Shown here piece after piece: positions 9,090-19,657 of a stretch of DNA of 64,000 nucleotides. The notes beneath the pieces were generated by a model that made no database searches, was not told the origin of the DNA, and was given only the letters and a program-made list of their open reading frames with translations. The DNA is from Nitrospira sp. (GTDB taxonomy: Bacteria; Nitrospirota; Nitrospiria; Nitrospirales; Nitrospiraceae): contig SPAW01000002.1 in the NCBI GenBank assembly GCA_005239465.1, positions 40,868-104,867 of the forward strand. Direction: 5' to 3'. Both the position numbers and the translations under genes were made by a program. Each line of letters opens with the position of its first letter. Position 1 is the stretch's first letter.

Positions 9090-10634
9090 CTAGAGGCTGC
9101 TCCCCATGCGGGTGGTTTCGATGAATTGCTCGGTCGAGTCGTCGAGGACACGTCCTCGTCGTCCTTTTGGCGGGAGGATATAGAGGAGCTTCGAGTCCAG
9201 GTTTTCCCGCACGGGCGGCGGGGGCGCCATTTGGTACGACAACGGGCGCTGATGGTCGGCCATCTGGAGCTTCGGGTTGTACACACTGTTGAACTTCCAC
9301 AGCATCTTCACGAAGTTGGTTTGCCCGCGTATGAGATGCCCGGCCGCGAGTGTTGCGGTGGACTTCAGGGCGGCCCAACCGAGATGTTTCTTGTTGAGAA
9401 TCTGTTGAGTCCTGACCAGCTCCTCGTAGAACTCAGGAAGCGGAAGCTTTGTCGGCAGCACGGCGTGTTGAATATCGAAAAGGCGGTAATCCCTTGTCTG
9501 GAACTTGCGCGATTCCGTGTGCCAGCTCTCGGTTCCGGGGTACGGAGTGTTGATGCTGATGTTCACGATCTCCGGGATTTCCAAGCACCACTGCCGAATC
9601 ACCTCGAACCGTTTTCGGTCCCAGTCAGGATCGGCGATCAAATTAATGGCCACGGTGATGCCAAGGGAGCGGGCAAATTCCAGCGCTTCAAAGTTTCTTC
9701 CCAGCGAGATGCGCTTTCGATGCATCCGGAGCCCTTCCTCATCAATCGCCTCCACACCCAAAAACATGTACTGGAGTCCAAGCGTCTTCCAGAACTTGAA
9801 CACCTCCTTGTTGCGCAACAAAACATCGCCGCGTGTCTCCATGTAGTACTGTTTCTTGATCCCTCGCCGCGCAACGGCCTCACCGATCTCAAGTCCCTGC
9901 TTCGCCTGGATGAATGCGACGTCGTCGACCAGGAAGATCCCCGGTTCCCGAACCTGTTCCAGCTCCTCCACAGCCTTCTCCGGACTGACCATCCGATAGC
10001 TGCGACCATAGAACGTCCAGGCGCTGCAGAAGGAGCAATCCCAGGGACAGCCTCGCGCAAACTCGATCGAGGCGCAGGGATCCAGGACTCCGATGAAATA
10101 CTTGCGCCGGTGCCGGAGCAGATCGCGCGCAGGGCGCACATCGTCGAGGCTCTCGATGAATTGTGGCGGAGGTCCATCACCGTCGAGGGTCACCACTCCC
10201 GGGACTTTCGTGATCGACTTGCGGTCATGCTCCACGGCCAGCAGCAGCTTGGGAACAGAAATCTCCCCTTCGCCCTTAAGAACGCAATCAATTGCGCCTT
10301 CCCCATGCTCCAGAAACTCTCGTGCCACAAAAGATGCGCTATGCCCCCCGACGAAGACAAAGGCGTTCGGTAATTCCTTTTTGGTCAACTTCGCGAGATC
10401 CACGATCTCCGGCACATTCGCCAGGTAGTTGCAAGAGAACGCGACGACGTCGGGTTTCCAGGTCTTGACGAGCGCCAGATAGTCTTTCCAGGTTTCGACC
10501 TGCAGGTCGATCAGGCGAACGTCATGCCCCGCTTGGCGGGCGGCCTGGCCCACCATCTCGAGCCCGAGTGGTTCCAGGCGTAGATAGATCTTGGTGTACA
10601 TGAGCGGACCGGGATGTACCGTGAGGAATTTCAT
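9090..10634 (-). CDS. B12-binding-domain radical SAM protein
   Basis: The N-terminal B12-binding-like domain is PLGLEMVGQAARQAGHDVRLIDL...VVAFSCNY...FVGGHSAS. The radical SAM cluster motif is ARGCPWDCSFCSAW (CxxxCxxC). ATG 10634 is preceded by GAGGAGG. Confidence 0.85.
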   Translation of the reverse strand: MKFLTVHPGPLMYTKIYLRLEPLGLEMVGQAARQAGHDVRLIDLQVETWKDYLALVKTWKPDVVAFSCNYLANVPEIVDLAKLTKKELPNAFVFVGGHSASFVAREFLEHGEGAIDCVLKGEGEISVPKLLLAVEHDRKSITKVPGVVTLDGDGPPPQFIESLDDVRPARDLLRHRRKYFIGVLDPCASIEFARGCPWDCSFCSAWTFYGRSYRMVSPEKAVEELEQVREPGIFLVDDVAFIQAKQGLEIGEAVARRGIKKQYYMETRGDVLLRNKEVFKFWKTLGLQYMFLGVEAIDEEGLRMHRKRISLGRNFEALEFARSLGITVAINLIADPDWDRKRFEVIRQWCLEIPEIVNISINTPYPGTESWHTESRKFQTRDYRLFDIQHAVLPTKLPLPEFYEELVRTQQILNKKHLGWAALKSTATLAAGHLIRGQTNFVKMLWKFNSVYNPKLQMADHQRPLSYQMAPPPPVRENLDSKLLYILPPKGRRGRVLDDSTEQFIETTRMGSSL

Positions 10635-10866
10635 TTCCTCAGACCTCCTCTTTATAAAACGCTTGGCCTGATTCGTATCTGGCGCCGGTGACCCATCAGT
10701 AGTGCTGGTCCGGACAACATGGCTGGTCCTGACCGGCCAACCAGCGAGGGCACGAATTCTGACAGATTGGTAGGTTAGGTTCAACCACTACGCAGTCAAA
10801 ATAACCTACAGAGGGCCATGGTCCTTTGACCTGGCTTTTCCTAGTCTCCTCGCCTACCATGACACC

Positions 10867-11211
10867 ATGCTGCCTCCGGAGCGCACCCCGCGCCAGCGCA
10901 TCATGGAGCTGTTGACCGGCACGCGTCTGGCGACACACCAACTGGCCCAGATGCTCGGGATTCCCGAGCGGCAGGTCGAAGATCATCTCATGCACGCGGT
11001 GAAATCCATCGTACGGGACAAAACTCGGCGATTCATTCTGGAGCCCTCCCGCTGTCAGGATTGCGATTTTGTCTTCCGCGATCGCCGACGGCTCACCCGG
11101 CCCAGCCGTTGCCCGCACTGTCGGAGCGAAGGCATCACCGCCCCGCGTTACGGCATCGATTCGGTCAGCTCACGATCTGGTCGGGTGGACAGCAAGGGGT
11201 CAAGCCAGTAG
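10867..11211 (+). CDS. HTH + C-terminal zinc-ribbon transcriptional regulator
   Basis: The HTH-like segment is RQRIMELLTGTRLATHQLAQMLGIPERQVEDHL. The CxxC...CxxC ribbon is CQDCDFVF...CPHCRS. It is divergent from the radical SAM gene. Confidence 0.7.
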   Translation: MLPPERTPRQRIMELLTGTRLATHQLAQMLGIPERQVEDHLMHAVKSIVRDKTRRFILEPSRCQDCDFVFRDRRRLTRPSRCPHCRSEGITAPRYGIDSVSSRSGRVDSKGSSQ

Positions 11212-11235
11212 GATGCTCAGGAAAGGGTAGCCAGG

Positions 11236-11457
11236 ATGACCACACGACTCGTGCTCTGCACCCTCTACTGCATGCTGCTACTGAGCTGTTCCGGCGACAA
11301 GGCCAAGGAACTGCTCGAGACCGCCGAGTTCGAAGAGCGCCAGATGAACCTGCCGCACGCAAAACAGTTGTACGAAGATGTGATCCGTCTCTATCCGACC
11401 AGCCACGAAGCCGATACGGCCCGAGCGCGGCTGGCCCAACTGAAAACCGGCCAGTAG
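11236..11457 (+). CDS. Small lipoprotein with a single TPR-like hairpin
   Basis: Signal plus lipobox is MTTRLVLCTLYCMLLLSCSG. This is followed by HAKQLYEDVIRLYPTSHEADTARARLAQL. Confidence 0.6.
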   Translation: MTTRLVLCTLYCMLLLSCSGDKAKELLETAEFEERQMNLPHAKQLYEDVIRLYPTSHEADTARARLAQLKTGQ

Positions 11458-11684
11458 CCCAGCCGTCGTGCCGATTTCCCCTCCTGACCTCCAGCAGATC
11501 ACTCAGATCTTCTCCTGAGGAGCCTTGCAAGCGAGGATCAGCCCATCTCTGACGGCGCGTGAAACCCTACCTTTGCGGTCCTAGTCTCCCCACTTATGAG
11601 GCATAGCGGAACTTCTCCATACCTCTAAAGTGAATAAGATGGCGATTGCGGTGACATATAAGTAAGAAGCAGGTATCCGGCTAG

Positions 11685-12062
11685 ATGGGCCAAATGACGA
11701 AAACCTACGCAGTCCGCAAGGGGCCTCGATTTCCCGTTCATTGTCCGTTCTGCTATTTCTGCGACGGGACGCTCGACAAGGGGACGATCTGGGACCTCTC
11801 GGCAACGGGCTGGCGCGCAACCGGAGAGCAACCCGTAAAGGCAGGCTCTGAAACGACGGTGTACTTCACCCTCCCCGATGGCGACGAATCAAGAACCGTT
11901 CTCGTCGATGCCGCCGTCGTGCGGTGGTCTGAGGGTCGGGATGCGGGATGGGAAATCACCCGCATCGATGAAGAAGCGCGGGCTCGACTGGATCAATTCC
12001 TCGAGAATCTCAACGCTACTGATGTGATCTCGGAAACCAAGGAACGAACGCGTTCGTGGTGA
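11685..12062 (+). CDS. PilZ-domain (c-di-GMP-binding) protein
   Basis: The RxxxR motif (VRKGPRF) and the D-x-S-x-x-G motif (DLSATGWR) are present at PilZ-typical spacing. Confidence 0.7.
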   Translation: MGQMTKTYAVRKGPRFPVHCPFCYFCDGTLDKGTIWDLSATGWRATGEQPVKAGSETTVYFTLPDGDESRTVLVDAAVVRWSEGRDAGWEITRIDEEARARLDQFLENLNATDVISETKERTRSW

Positions 12063-12810
12063 GCTGATATTTCCTATAGTCTTCCCCGCGAGTTCGCAAC
12101 GCCTCGGCCTCCGCCAACGGAATTCCAGTCACCTTGAGCAGCGCCCATCCCATCGCAACCGGCCCGATCCAGGTGAGAGGCCAGCCGGGCGCTCCCATTG
12201 CCATCACGACATAGGCCCACCAGAGGAGCCATTCGAAAAAATAATTCGGATGGCGCGAATAGCGCCAGAGTCCGTCGTGACAGACACGATCATGATTCCG
12301 CGGATCGGCGCGAAACTGCGCGAGTTGTCGGTCGGCCTTGGCCTCCCCAGTGACAGCGACAGTCCAGAGCAATAACCCGACCACCTCAATCAGCGCAAAT
12401 GGAGGTTGTGGATGTTGGATGAGCACCAGAAACGGGAGGGAGAACGTCGCCACGGCCAGTGCTTGCAGTTGAAAGTACCCGAACATCCTGAGCCGTTCGG
12501 ATGCACCCCATTGCTCCCGCAAGTGGCGATAGCGAGCATCCTCCGCTTTACCGATCACACGATTGAGGAGAATGTAGAATCCCAATCGACCCGCATAGAG
12601 CACGACGAGAATCGCCACGAGGATTTTGCGCTCGACTTCTCCGGTGGCCTGCGTGGCGTACCACAACACGACTGCGATGAGCCCTATGCACCAGCCCACG
12701 TCTGCAATCGAGGCATTGCGCACCCGAAGTTGCAGGACCCAGAGCCCCGCCATGATGACAGTCATGACGAGATAGGCTGTGACAACAAGGACAAGCGGGT
12801 CAGAAGTCAT
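12016..12810 (-). CDS. DUF1295 / steroid-5-alpha-reductase-like membrane protein
   Basis: Multi-TM protein with the C-terminal signature GLWRYSRHPNYFFEWLLWWAYVVMA. ATG 12810 overlaps the upstream stop (ATGA). Confidence 0.75.
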   Translation of the reverse strand: MTSDPLVLVVTAYLVMTVIMAGLWVLQLRVRNASIADVGWCIGLIAVVLWYATQATGEVERKILVAILVVLYAGRLGFYILLNRVIGKAEDARYRHLREQWGASERLRMFGYFQLQALAVATFSLPFLVLIQHPQPPFALIEVVGLLLWTVAVTGEAKADRQLAQFRADPRNHDRVCHDGLWRYSRHPNYFFEWLLWWAYVVMAMGAPGWPLTWIGPVAMGWALLKVTGIPLAEAEALRTRGEDYRKYQLTTNAFVPWFPRSHQ

Positions 12811-13682
12811 GGCGAAACATAGTCCCACAGGTCCCGACCAGATTGCGACCGCCCGGCCAGCCAATCGCGAAATCCCGGAATGCGAAACGACAGCAGACCT
12901 TGGAGCTTGTCACACCTGAGCGAGAGGTCAGCCGGCCGCGGCGCTCCGGTTTGGTTCTGCGCAGAACCCTTCACCAAACGGCCTTTCAGTTCGGGATACC
13001 AGGGCAGCAACGCCTGTCCGATCTCCCAGCGCGAGAGCCGCTCGCTCCCGCCCAGGTGATAGAGCCCCGGCTGCTTGCGACCGGCTAATTCCCAGATGGC
13101 TCGGGCGATGACACCGGCGGGAAGCGGACAACGGAACTCATCAGCATAGAGCGTTACGTTCTTGCCGGCCTTGGCTGTCCGACACATATCTTCGACAAAA
13201 CTCCGGTCTCCGTGCTGCGACGTTCCAGCCGTCAGCACGATACGCACGACCGTGTGCCGGGCGTTCTGTAACACCGCTTGCTCGGCTTCGAGCTTCGTCT
13301 GACCGTAGACGTTGATCGGGTTCGGTGTATCCACCTCGCTGTACCATCCTTTTCTCCCATCAAACACTTCTCCGCTTGAAAGAGAGATGAACGGGATCTG
13401 CTCCGACAGTCTCGCCAGATGAGCGGTCGCATCCACATTGACCCGGCGCGCTTTCTCCGGATCCTGCTCACAGTCCTTCGTTCGACTCACAGCCGCACAG
13501 TGAATGATCGCGCTGGGCTTGATGGACTGCCACGTGCGCCCGACAGTGACAGAATCGGTGAGGTCAAGGTCGGCATGGGTAAGCCCTCGCACGTCCCAAT
13601 CCGGCGCCCATCGAGGAGCCGTTTTGAGGAGGTACCGCCCGATCAATCCCGCGGCCCCGGTGATGATCGCACGAGGTGCCAT
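12807..13682 (-). CDS. SDR-family NAD(P)-dependent sugar reductase, dTDP-4-dehydrorhamnose reductase-like
   Basis: The Rossmann motif is ITGAAGLIGRYL. The catalytic YxxxK is in NVYGQTKLEAEQAV. Length and layout are RfbD-like. Confidence 0.7.
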   Translation of the reverse strand: MAPRAIITGAAGLIGRYLLKTAPRWAPDWDVRGLTHADLDLTDSVTVGRTWQSIKPSAIIHCAAVSRTKDCEQDPEKARRVNVDATAHLARLSEQIPFISLSSGEVFDGRKGWYSEVDTPNPINVYGQTKLEAEQAVLQNARHTVVRIVLTAGTSQHGDRSFVEDMCRTAKAGKNVTLYADEFRCPLPAGVIARAIWELAGRKQPGLYHLGGSERLSRWEIGQALLPWYPELKGRLVKGSAQNQTGAPRPADLSLRCDKLQGLLSFRIPGFRDWLAGRSQSGRDLWDYVSP

Positions 13683-13692
13683 GGCGGGCGGC

Positions 13693-15375
13693 TTACTGGC
13701 GCGTCAGCTTCCGATACCTGATCCGATGCGGCTGGTCGGCTTCTTTTCCCAGGCGCTTCTTCCGGTCCGCTTCGTATTCGCTGTAGTTCCCTTCGAACCA
13801 CACGACCTTGCTGTCGCCTTCGAAGGCCAGCATGTGAGTTGCGATGCGGTCGAGGAACCACCGGTCGTGGCTGCTGATCACGGCACAGCCGGCGAAATTC
13901 TCCAGACCCTCCTCCAGTGCCCGGAGCGTGTTCACATCCAGGTCGTTCGTCGGCTCGTCGAGAATGATGAGATTCGCCCCTTCTTTCAGCATACGCGCGA
14001 GATGCACGCGATTGCGTTCGCCGCCGGAGAGGTCTTGCACCTTCTTCTGTTGATCCGTGCCGGCAAAGTTGAAGCGGGCACAATAGCCGCGGGCGTTGAC
14101 TTCGACCTTGCCCAGCTTGACCGTTTCCTGTCCGTCAGAAATCACTTCGTAGACGGTTTTGTTGCCGTCCAATATGCGATCCTGATCGACATAGCCGAGC
14201 TTGACAGTTTCACCGATCTTGATTGTGCCGGCATCCGGCTTTTCTTTGCCGATAATCATTTTGAACATGGTGGTTTTGCCGGCGCCGTTCGGTCCGATCA
14301 CGCCGACAATCCCTCCCTTCGGCAGGCTGAAATTCACGTTTTCATAGAGCACATTGTCGCCAAAGGCCTTGCTGATCCCTCTGGCTTCGACGACCACATC
14401 ACCTAACCGTGGTCCAGGCGGAATAAAAATTTCCAGATCCTCGGCCACTTTGTCCTGCTTTTGGTTGACCAGTTCTTCGTATCGATTTAAGCGTGCTTTC
14501 CCCTTCGACTGCCGGGCCTTCGGCGACATCCTGATCCACTCCAATTCATGCTCGAGCGTCTTTTTCCGTTTCGATTCCGCTTTCTCTTCCTTCTCCAATC
14601 GGTCCTTCTTCTGCTCCAACCAGGAGCTGTAATTGCCCTGAAACGGAATGCCGTGGCCGCGATCCAGTTCCAAAATCCACCCCGCCACATTGTCGAGGAA
14701 ATAGCGGTCGTGCGTGACGGCAATGACCGTGCCCTTGTACTGTTTGAGATGTTGTTCGAGCCATTGGACGGACTCTGCATCGAGATGGTTCGTCGGCTCG
14801 TCGAGGAGCAGAATGTCCGGCTCCTGGATCATGAGGCGACAGAGCGCAACTCGACGCTTTTCACCACCGGACAGCGTGGCAATCTTCTGATCGGCTGGTG
14901 GACAACGCAAGGCATCCATGGCAAGGTCGAGCTCGTTTTCCAATTCCCAGCCGTTGGCGGTTTCGATTTTCTCTTGAAGTTGGGCTTGCTTGTCGATGAG
15001 CTTTTCCATTTCGTCGGGACCGACTTCGCCGATCTTATTGCTCACCGCTTCGTACTCGTGCAGCAGCGCCACTAATTCGGCCTTCCCCTCTTCGACCACT
15101 TCCTTGACCGTCTTGTTTGGATCGAGCTGCGGCTCCTGTTCGAGCAGACCAACGCTAAAGCCTTTCGACCGTGTGATCTCGCCTGTGTAATTTGGATCCA
15201 CGCCCGCGATGATCTTGAGCAGCGAACTCTTGCCCGAGCCGTTCAAGCCCAACACGCCGATCTTCGCGCCATAGTAGAAGCCGAGATAGATCTCCCGCAG
15301 CACCTGCCGCTTCGGTGGATACACTTTCCCGATATTGACGAGTGAGAAAATAACCTGTTTATCGTTTGTTGCCAT
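13693..15375 (-). CDS. ettA: ABC-F translational throttle protein EttA
   Basis: Two Walker A blocks ([18 protein letters not shown]) and two ABC signatures ([16 protein letters not shown]). The N-terminus [26 protein letters not shown] is EttA-typical. Confidence 0.9.
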   Translation of the reverse strand: MATNDKQVIFSLVNIGKVYPPKRQVLREIYLGFYYGAKIGVLGLNGSGKSSLLKIIAGVDPNYTGEITRSKGFSVGLLEQEPQLDPNKTVKEVVEEGKAELVALLHEYEAVSNKIGEVGPDEMEKLIDKQAQLQEKIETANGWELENELDLAMDALRCPPADQKIATLSGGEKRRVALCRLMIQEPDILLLDEPTNHLDAESVQWLEQHLKQYKGTVIAVTHDRYFLDNVAGWILELDRGHGIPFQGNYSSWLEQKKDRLEKEEKAESKRKKTLEHELEWIRMSPKARQSKGKARLNRYEELVNQKQDKVAEDLEIFIPPGPRLGDVVVEARGISKAFGDNVLYENVNFSLPKGGIVGVIGPNGAGKTTMFKMIIGKEKPDAGTIKIGETVKLGYVDQDRILDGNKTVYEVISDGQETVKLGKVEVNARGYCARFNFAGTDQQKKVQDLSGGERNRVHLARMLKEGANLIILDEPTNDLDVNTLRALEEGLENFAGCAVISSHDRWFLDRIATHMLAFEGDSKVVWFEGNYSEYEADRKKRLGKEADQPHRIRYRKLTRQ

Positions 15376-15590
15376 GGATCCTACCACCCTCCTTAGTCCT
15401 GCGGTTTGCACTGCGTGAAGGGCGCACCATACCAGACAACCCTTTCGACCACAACCAATCCACGATGCGGCTGCCGCCCATCGTGCCGTGAGACAAAAAC
15501 ATTACCGATTGGCCGGTCACTTGCATAAAACGATGCTGGAGGTCAGAATTTGATAGAGCTAACTATACGTTCACCTTGCGAGGACATACC

Positions 15591-16334
15591 ATGATGACGA
15601 CTCGACTGATCAAACCCCTTACCTTCTCGCTTGCGCTGTTACTCGTACTGATCGTGGAACACCCGATTGCTTTTGCCTCCGAGGAGGCCAAGCTGAAAGA
15701 CCTGGTCGAAAGGTCGAGGACGACGCTGGATAACTTCATGGCCGACTCGAACATGGGATGGTTTCGAGACCACATCGATGAAGCGAAGGGGATCTTCATC
15801 GTGCCGCGAATGTGGAAGGGCGGGTTCATCATCGCGGGGGAAGGCGGGAAAGGAGTCTTTCTCGTGAAAGACGAGAAGACGGGTGAATGGAGTCAGCCGG
15901 CTTTCTACACGATGGGGACGGCCAGCGGCGGGCTGCAGGCCGGCCTGCAGGTTTCGGAGATTGTGCTGCTGGCAATGTCGCAGCGGGGGGTGGAGTCGTT
16001 GCTTACCAGCACCTTCAAGCTCGGAGTCGATGTCTCGGTGGCAGTCGGTCCGGTGGGCGCCGGGATTGAGGGCTCCACCGCGGTTCTGAGCGCGGATATG
16101 CTGACGTTCGCCAGAGCGAAGGGCCTCTTCGGCGGGATCTCGCTAGAAGCCGCGGTGATCGACACGTGGGACGAGGCCAATCGAAGGTACTACGCCAAAG
16201 AGGTGCGGCCGACCGATATTCTTGTGAAACGCACTGTGGCAAATCCTCACTCGGCAGGCCTGCGAGCAGCCTTGGCTCGTGCAGTGGGAGGTAAGTCTTC
16301 AACCAGTCAGACAACCAAGCCGGCTCCTAATTAG
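15591..16334 (+). CDS. Secreted SYLF (DUF500, Ysc84-like) lipid-binding domain protein
   Basis: Signal peptide MMTTRLIKPLTFSLALLLVLIV..AFA. This is followed by AKGIFIVPRMWKGGFIIAGEGGKGVFLVKD...GLQAGLQVSEIVLL...LGVDVSVAVGPVG. Confidence 0.7.
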   Translation: MMTTRLIKPLTFSLALLLVLIVEHPIAFASEEAKLKDLVERSRTTLDNFMADSNMGWFRDHIDEAKGIFIVPRMWKGGFIIAGEGGKGVFLVKDEKTGEWSQPAFYTMGTASGGLQAGLQVSEIVLLAMSQRGVESLLTSTFKLGVDVSVAVGPVGAGIEGSTAVLSADMLTFARAKGLFGGISLEAAVIDTWDEANRRYYAKEVRPTDILVKRTVANPHSAGLRAALARAVGGKSSTSQTTKPAPN

Positions 16335-16431
16335 CGATCGGATGTTCCCCTTTCCAATCTTGTTTGCAAGCCTCGCCAATGTTGTTCACGGCTTGACTAA
16401 CTTGGATTGTGTGACTGGGCGGTAATATCGA

Positions 16432-16602
16432 TTAGATTCCCATCTCTTCGGAGAGCCTGATTTCCGATTCCTCGAGGATCTCTTCCAGGCAGGTGAAGCA
16501 GGGAAAAGGAAAGCGGTCGATGGGAAGGGTGCAGACTTCGCCGACGGAGGTGTTGGTCTCCAGTGCCGGACCTCCGCACTCTTTATGGATGAGCGTCAGC
16601 AT
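16432..16602 (-). CDS. Cys-containing micro-ORF (56 aa), below track cut-off
   Basis: Own translation gives MLTLIHKECGGPALETNTSVGEVCTLPIDRFPFPCFTCLEEILEESEIRLSEEMGI*. It lies 70 nt downstream of the esterase gene on the same strand. Confidence 0.25.
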   Translation of the reverse strand: MLTLIHKECGGPALETNTSVGEVCTLPIDRFPFPCFTCLEEILEESEIRLSEEMGI

Positions 16603-16672
16603 ACTGTCGCCTTACGATTGGTCCACCACGATTCGTCGGAATGTGTCAACCTACTCCGGACTGCCGCGATGC

Positions 16673-17392
16673 TCATGATTTCGCCAGAACTGTTCTCAGA
16701 AAAACGCTCAGGGCTCTCAGCACAGACTCGGGAATCTCGTGCCCACCGCGGAAGCTGTGCCATTCGACGGCGAGGCCGGATTTATTCAGCGACTCGCGGA
16801 GACGTTCCGCTCCGACATAGGACAGGATGTCATCCTGCGTTCCGTGGCTTTGAAAGACCGGCAGGCCTTTGCGCTTCGGCATGAGCGGACCCCATTCGGG
16901 CTGAGCTAACAAATTGCCGGAGAGTTGCACAAGGCCAGCAATGGGGTAGTCGGTGTGCAACGCCGCGTCGCACGTGAGTATCGCGCCCTGCGAAAATCCT
17001 CCGATGACGGTTTTCTTATAGTCGATCGGCAGATGGCACGGAAGTTCTTTGAAAAACGCCAGCAGGCGCTCGCGCGCCAAGGCCAGTCCCATCGGAATCT
17101 CCATCGACAAGTCACGGATGCGGCCAGCGGCGCGATCCGCCTGAATGCGGGACATGTCGATGATCCACCAGGCGCGCGAATCGCCGAAGCCCATGTTGAG
17201 CGACAGGTGCGCCTCCGGAAACATCCACCGTGTTCCTGCCGGCACATCCAGCACATCGGCCAACGGGACGAGATCGTCTCCCGGCGCACCGAAGCCATGG
17301 ACGAGTATGACGATCGGGCCGTTTCCGCCGCCTTGACCGTCCGTGCCGCCTACAATCCTTACATCCAGGCCACCGAATCGATCCCTGCGCAT
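16673..17392 (-). CDS. Phospholipase/carboxylesterase-family alpha/beta hydrolase
   Basis: IVILVHGFGAPGDD, the nucleophile elbow GGFSQGA (GxSxG), and QSHGTQDDILS with a later GGHEI (Asp/His). Confidence 0.8.
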   Translation of the reverse strand: MRRDRFGGLDVRIVGGTDGQGGGNGPIVILVHGFGAPGDDLVPLADVLDVPAGTRWMFPEAHLSLNMGFGDSRAWWIIDMSRIQADRAAGRIRDLSMEIPMGLALARERLLAFFKELPCHLPIDYKKTVIGGFSQGAILTCDAALHTDYPIAGLVQLSGNLLAQPEWGPLMPKRKGLPVFQSHGTQDDILSYVGAERLRESLNKSGLAVEWHSFRGGHEIPESVLRALSVFLRTVLAKS

Positions 17393-17396
17393 GGAA

Positions 17397-18908
17397 TTAT
17401 GACGAGCAACTGACTGCTAATTGCTTGCCCCAGTTGGGAGGCGGGGCTGCGTAGTCGTTCATGCCTGGCTGCTCACTGTAGGGATTTTGCAGCAGGGCGA
17501 GGAGGCGATCGATCTTGCTGAATTCCTTTTCCTGGGCCTTCTCGATAGCGATCTGGGCGAGGTAATTCCGCAAGACATACTTGGGATTAATCCGGTTCAT
17601 GCGTTCCCGACGGTCCGCGTCCGAACTCCTATGTTTCCGCAGGCGATTGCTATATCTTGCCGCCCATTTCTCGAACGTGCCTCGGTCCACGAAGAAATCC
17701 CGTATTCCTTCGTTTTGTGCGCCCTGAAGAGATTGGAAATCGCCTAGCGCTCTGAAGACATTCGTGTAGTCCGCCTGGCTCTGGCACATGAGTGCGAGCA
17801 GGTCGTTGACCAGGGATTCGTCCTCGGGCTGCGCATCTTCCAGGCCCAGTTTGAGACGCATGAGTTCCGAATACCGCGTTTGGTGGAGCGGCGTGTAGCA
17901 GTCCAGCGCTGCCTTCAGCTCTTCCTTCGTGACGAGCGGTAAGAGTGCCTGAGCGAGGCAGCTCAAATTCCATAGGCCGATATAGGGCTGTTGATTGAAC
18001 GCGTAGCGGCCGTTGTGGTCCGAATGGTTGCAGATGAAACCAGGATCGTAGTCGTCCATAAAGCCGAACGGACCGTAGTCGAGCGTAATCCCAAGGATCG
18101 ACATGTTGTCGGTATTCATCACGCCGTGCGCCCAGCCGACAGCTTGCCACTGGGCAATCAACTTTGCAGTGCGTTCGACCAGCTCGTCAAAGAAGCGTGC
18201 GTATTTATCGACTGCGTCGATCAGATGAGGATAGTGATGCGCAATCACATAGTCGGCCAGGACTTTGAGCTGCTCATGCTGCTTCCGATAGTAGAAGACC
18301 TCAAACGTACCGAACCTGATGTGCGAAGGCGCCATGCGGAGCACAATCGCCCCGGTCTCCACCTGTTCGCGATAGACCTGATGGTCGCTGCCGACGATGC
18401 AGAGCGTGCGCGAGGTGGGGATGCCGAGCCCGTGCATCGCTTCGCTGCAGAGATATTCGCGGATGGTCGAACGCAAGACCGCGCGCCCATCCCCATCGCG
18501 CGAGAAAGGCGTGAGGCCCGCGCCCTTCAGCTGCAGATCCCATCGCTCTCCTCGCTCGTTCCGCACTTCACCTAACAGGATGGCGCGCCCATCCCCAAGC
18601 TGCGGGACATAGACGCCGAATTGATGACCCGAATAGAGCATCGCCAACGGTTCCATCCCGGGCACCAATAGACTTCCGCCGAAGACCCCGGCGAACTCAG
18701 GACGCTTGGCCTCTTCAGGGTCGAGATCAATCAGGGCAGCTGCCGCGGAATTGAAGCTGACAAGGTACGGAGGGTCAGAGAAGGGAGTCGGCGAGAGCTT
18801 GGCATAGAAGGCGTCCGGCAAGCGCGCGTAGCTGTTGTCGAATGGAAGTTCTTCGAGTGTGTGTAGGCGCATGCTCTTGTGTATCACGACCTCCTCGATT
18901 TCCGCCAT
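17397..18908 (-). CDS. selO: Protein adenylyltransferase SelO (YdiU)
   Basis: FDNSYARLPDAFY...AMLYSGHQFGVYVPQLGDGRAILLGEV...WAHGVMNTDNMSILGITLDYGPFGFMD. The true start may be ATG 18872 (MRLHTLEEL), which aligns with the fragment at 25787. Confidence 0.9.
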   Translation of the reverse strand: MAEIEEVVIHKSMRLHTLEELPFDNSYARLPDAFYAKLSPTPFSDPPYLVSFNSAAAALIDLDPEEAKRPEFAGVFGGSLLVPGMEPLAMLYSGHQFGVYVPQLGDGRAILLGEVRNERGERWDLQLKGAGLTPFSRDGDGRAVLRSTIREYLCSEAMHGLGIPTSRTLCIVGSDHQVYREQVETGAIVLRMAPSHIRFGTFEVFYYRKQHEQLKVLADYVIAHHYPHLIDAVDKYARFFDELVERTAKLIAQWQAVGWAHGVMNTDNMSILGITLDYGPFGFMDDYDPGFICNHSDHNGRYAFNQQPYIGLWNLSCLAQALLPLVTKEELKAALDCYTPLHQTRYSELMRLKLGLEDAQPEDESLVNDLLALMCQSQADYTNVFRALGDFQSLQGAQNEGIRDFFVDRGTFEKWAARYSNRLRKHRSSDADRRERMNRINPKYVLRNYLAQIAIEKAQEKEFSKIDRLLALLQNPYSEQPGMNDYAAPPPNWGKQLAVSCSS

Positions 18909-19242
18909 CTTCCGCCCATTCCAACTATCACGATACCTACTCTTTTGGCCCAGTGCCTAGGTTGAAACGCTCTGACTCTAGGAGCCTGTCAGATATTGCC
19001 GTTCGTCACGAGGCGGAGGAGGGACAGGCTGATGCGCGACCGCAGGCCCTGAAGAACAGGAGGCGTATTCGCTGAAACACGGTGAGGATTGTTCGGGGCC
19101 GAGAACAAAGCAGATTCCTGTGCATCGTTCGCCACAGTAAAAAGGTCGGGGTCGGACAGGCTCCTAGTCCCTATGATCTCTGAGGTGGTCCTCACTCACG
19201 CTTGGTGTCGCCCTCGCGCCTGGTGGTGTCCTGCAATGCTGT

Positions 19243-19563
19243 ATGTTCCGGAATGAAGAAACCACCCTGGCGGGACAGTGTCCCATCGACACCTACGCGA
19301 CACCTGAAATCTCGATGATAGAGAGGCGAGTTGAACTGACGGAGCAGGCAATTCTGTGTAAGATCTGGCTGGCGCGCTATCGAGAGATTACCCACAGTCA
19401 GTTTCTGGGGAACAACAGCGGCCTTTTTGAGATGCTCTTCAACCGTTCGACAGATTCCTCGCCAACAGGTACCGAGGCGTTCGCTGAAGTGCCCAAACTC
19501 TTGCAGGTCGCCAGGTCTGAACTCGCAATCAGGTATGTGAAGCCTATTAGCCCCCCATACTAA
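19243..19563 (+). CDS. Hypothetical small protein upstream of the sigma-54 activator
   Basis: ORF with G/C-rich third codon positions by eye. No family recognised, and a competing antisense ORF lies at 19192-19578. Confidence 0.2.
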   Translation: MFRNEETTLAGQCPIDTYATPEISMIERRVELTEQAILCKIWLARYREITHSQFLGNNSGLFEMLFNRSTDSSPTGTEAFAEVPKLLQVARSELAIRYVKPISPPY

Positions 19564-19657
19564 AAAAGGCGGCCTCAACTGAGTATACTGCTTGACGAAT
19601 CAATGAGGCAGGGGATTAGAATGATCCTCGTCCACAAATCTTGCAAAGGACGGAAGC

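Noticed and set aside
9000-10373. 457-aa plus-strand ORF
   Set aside because: It is fully antisense to the radical SAM gene, which has a clear CxxxCxxC and B12-binding domain. It has no recognisable motifs.
12016-12062. 47-bp convergent overlap of the PilZ and DUF1295 gene 3' ends as a regulatory feature
   Set aside because: Short convergent overlaps are common in compact high-GC genomes, and nothing in the sequence sets this one apart.
13504-15075. Plus-strand ORFs of 300 aa and 175 aa
   Set aside because: They are antisense shadows of ettA, whose Walker and ABC signature motifs fix the real frame.
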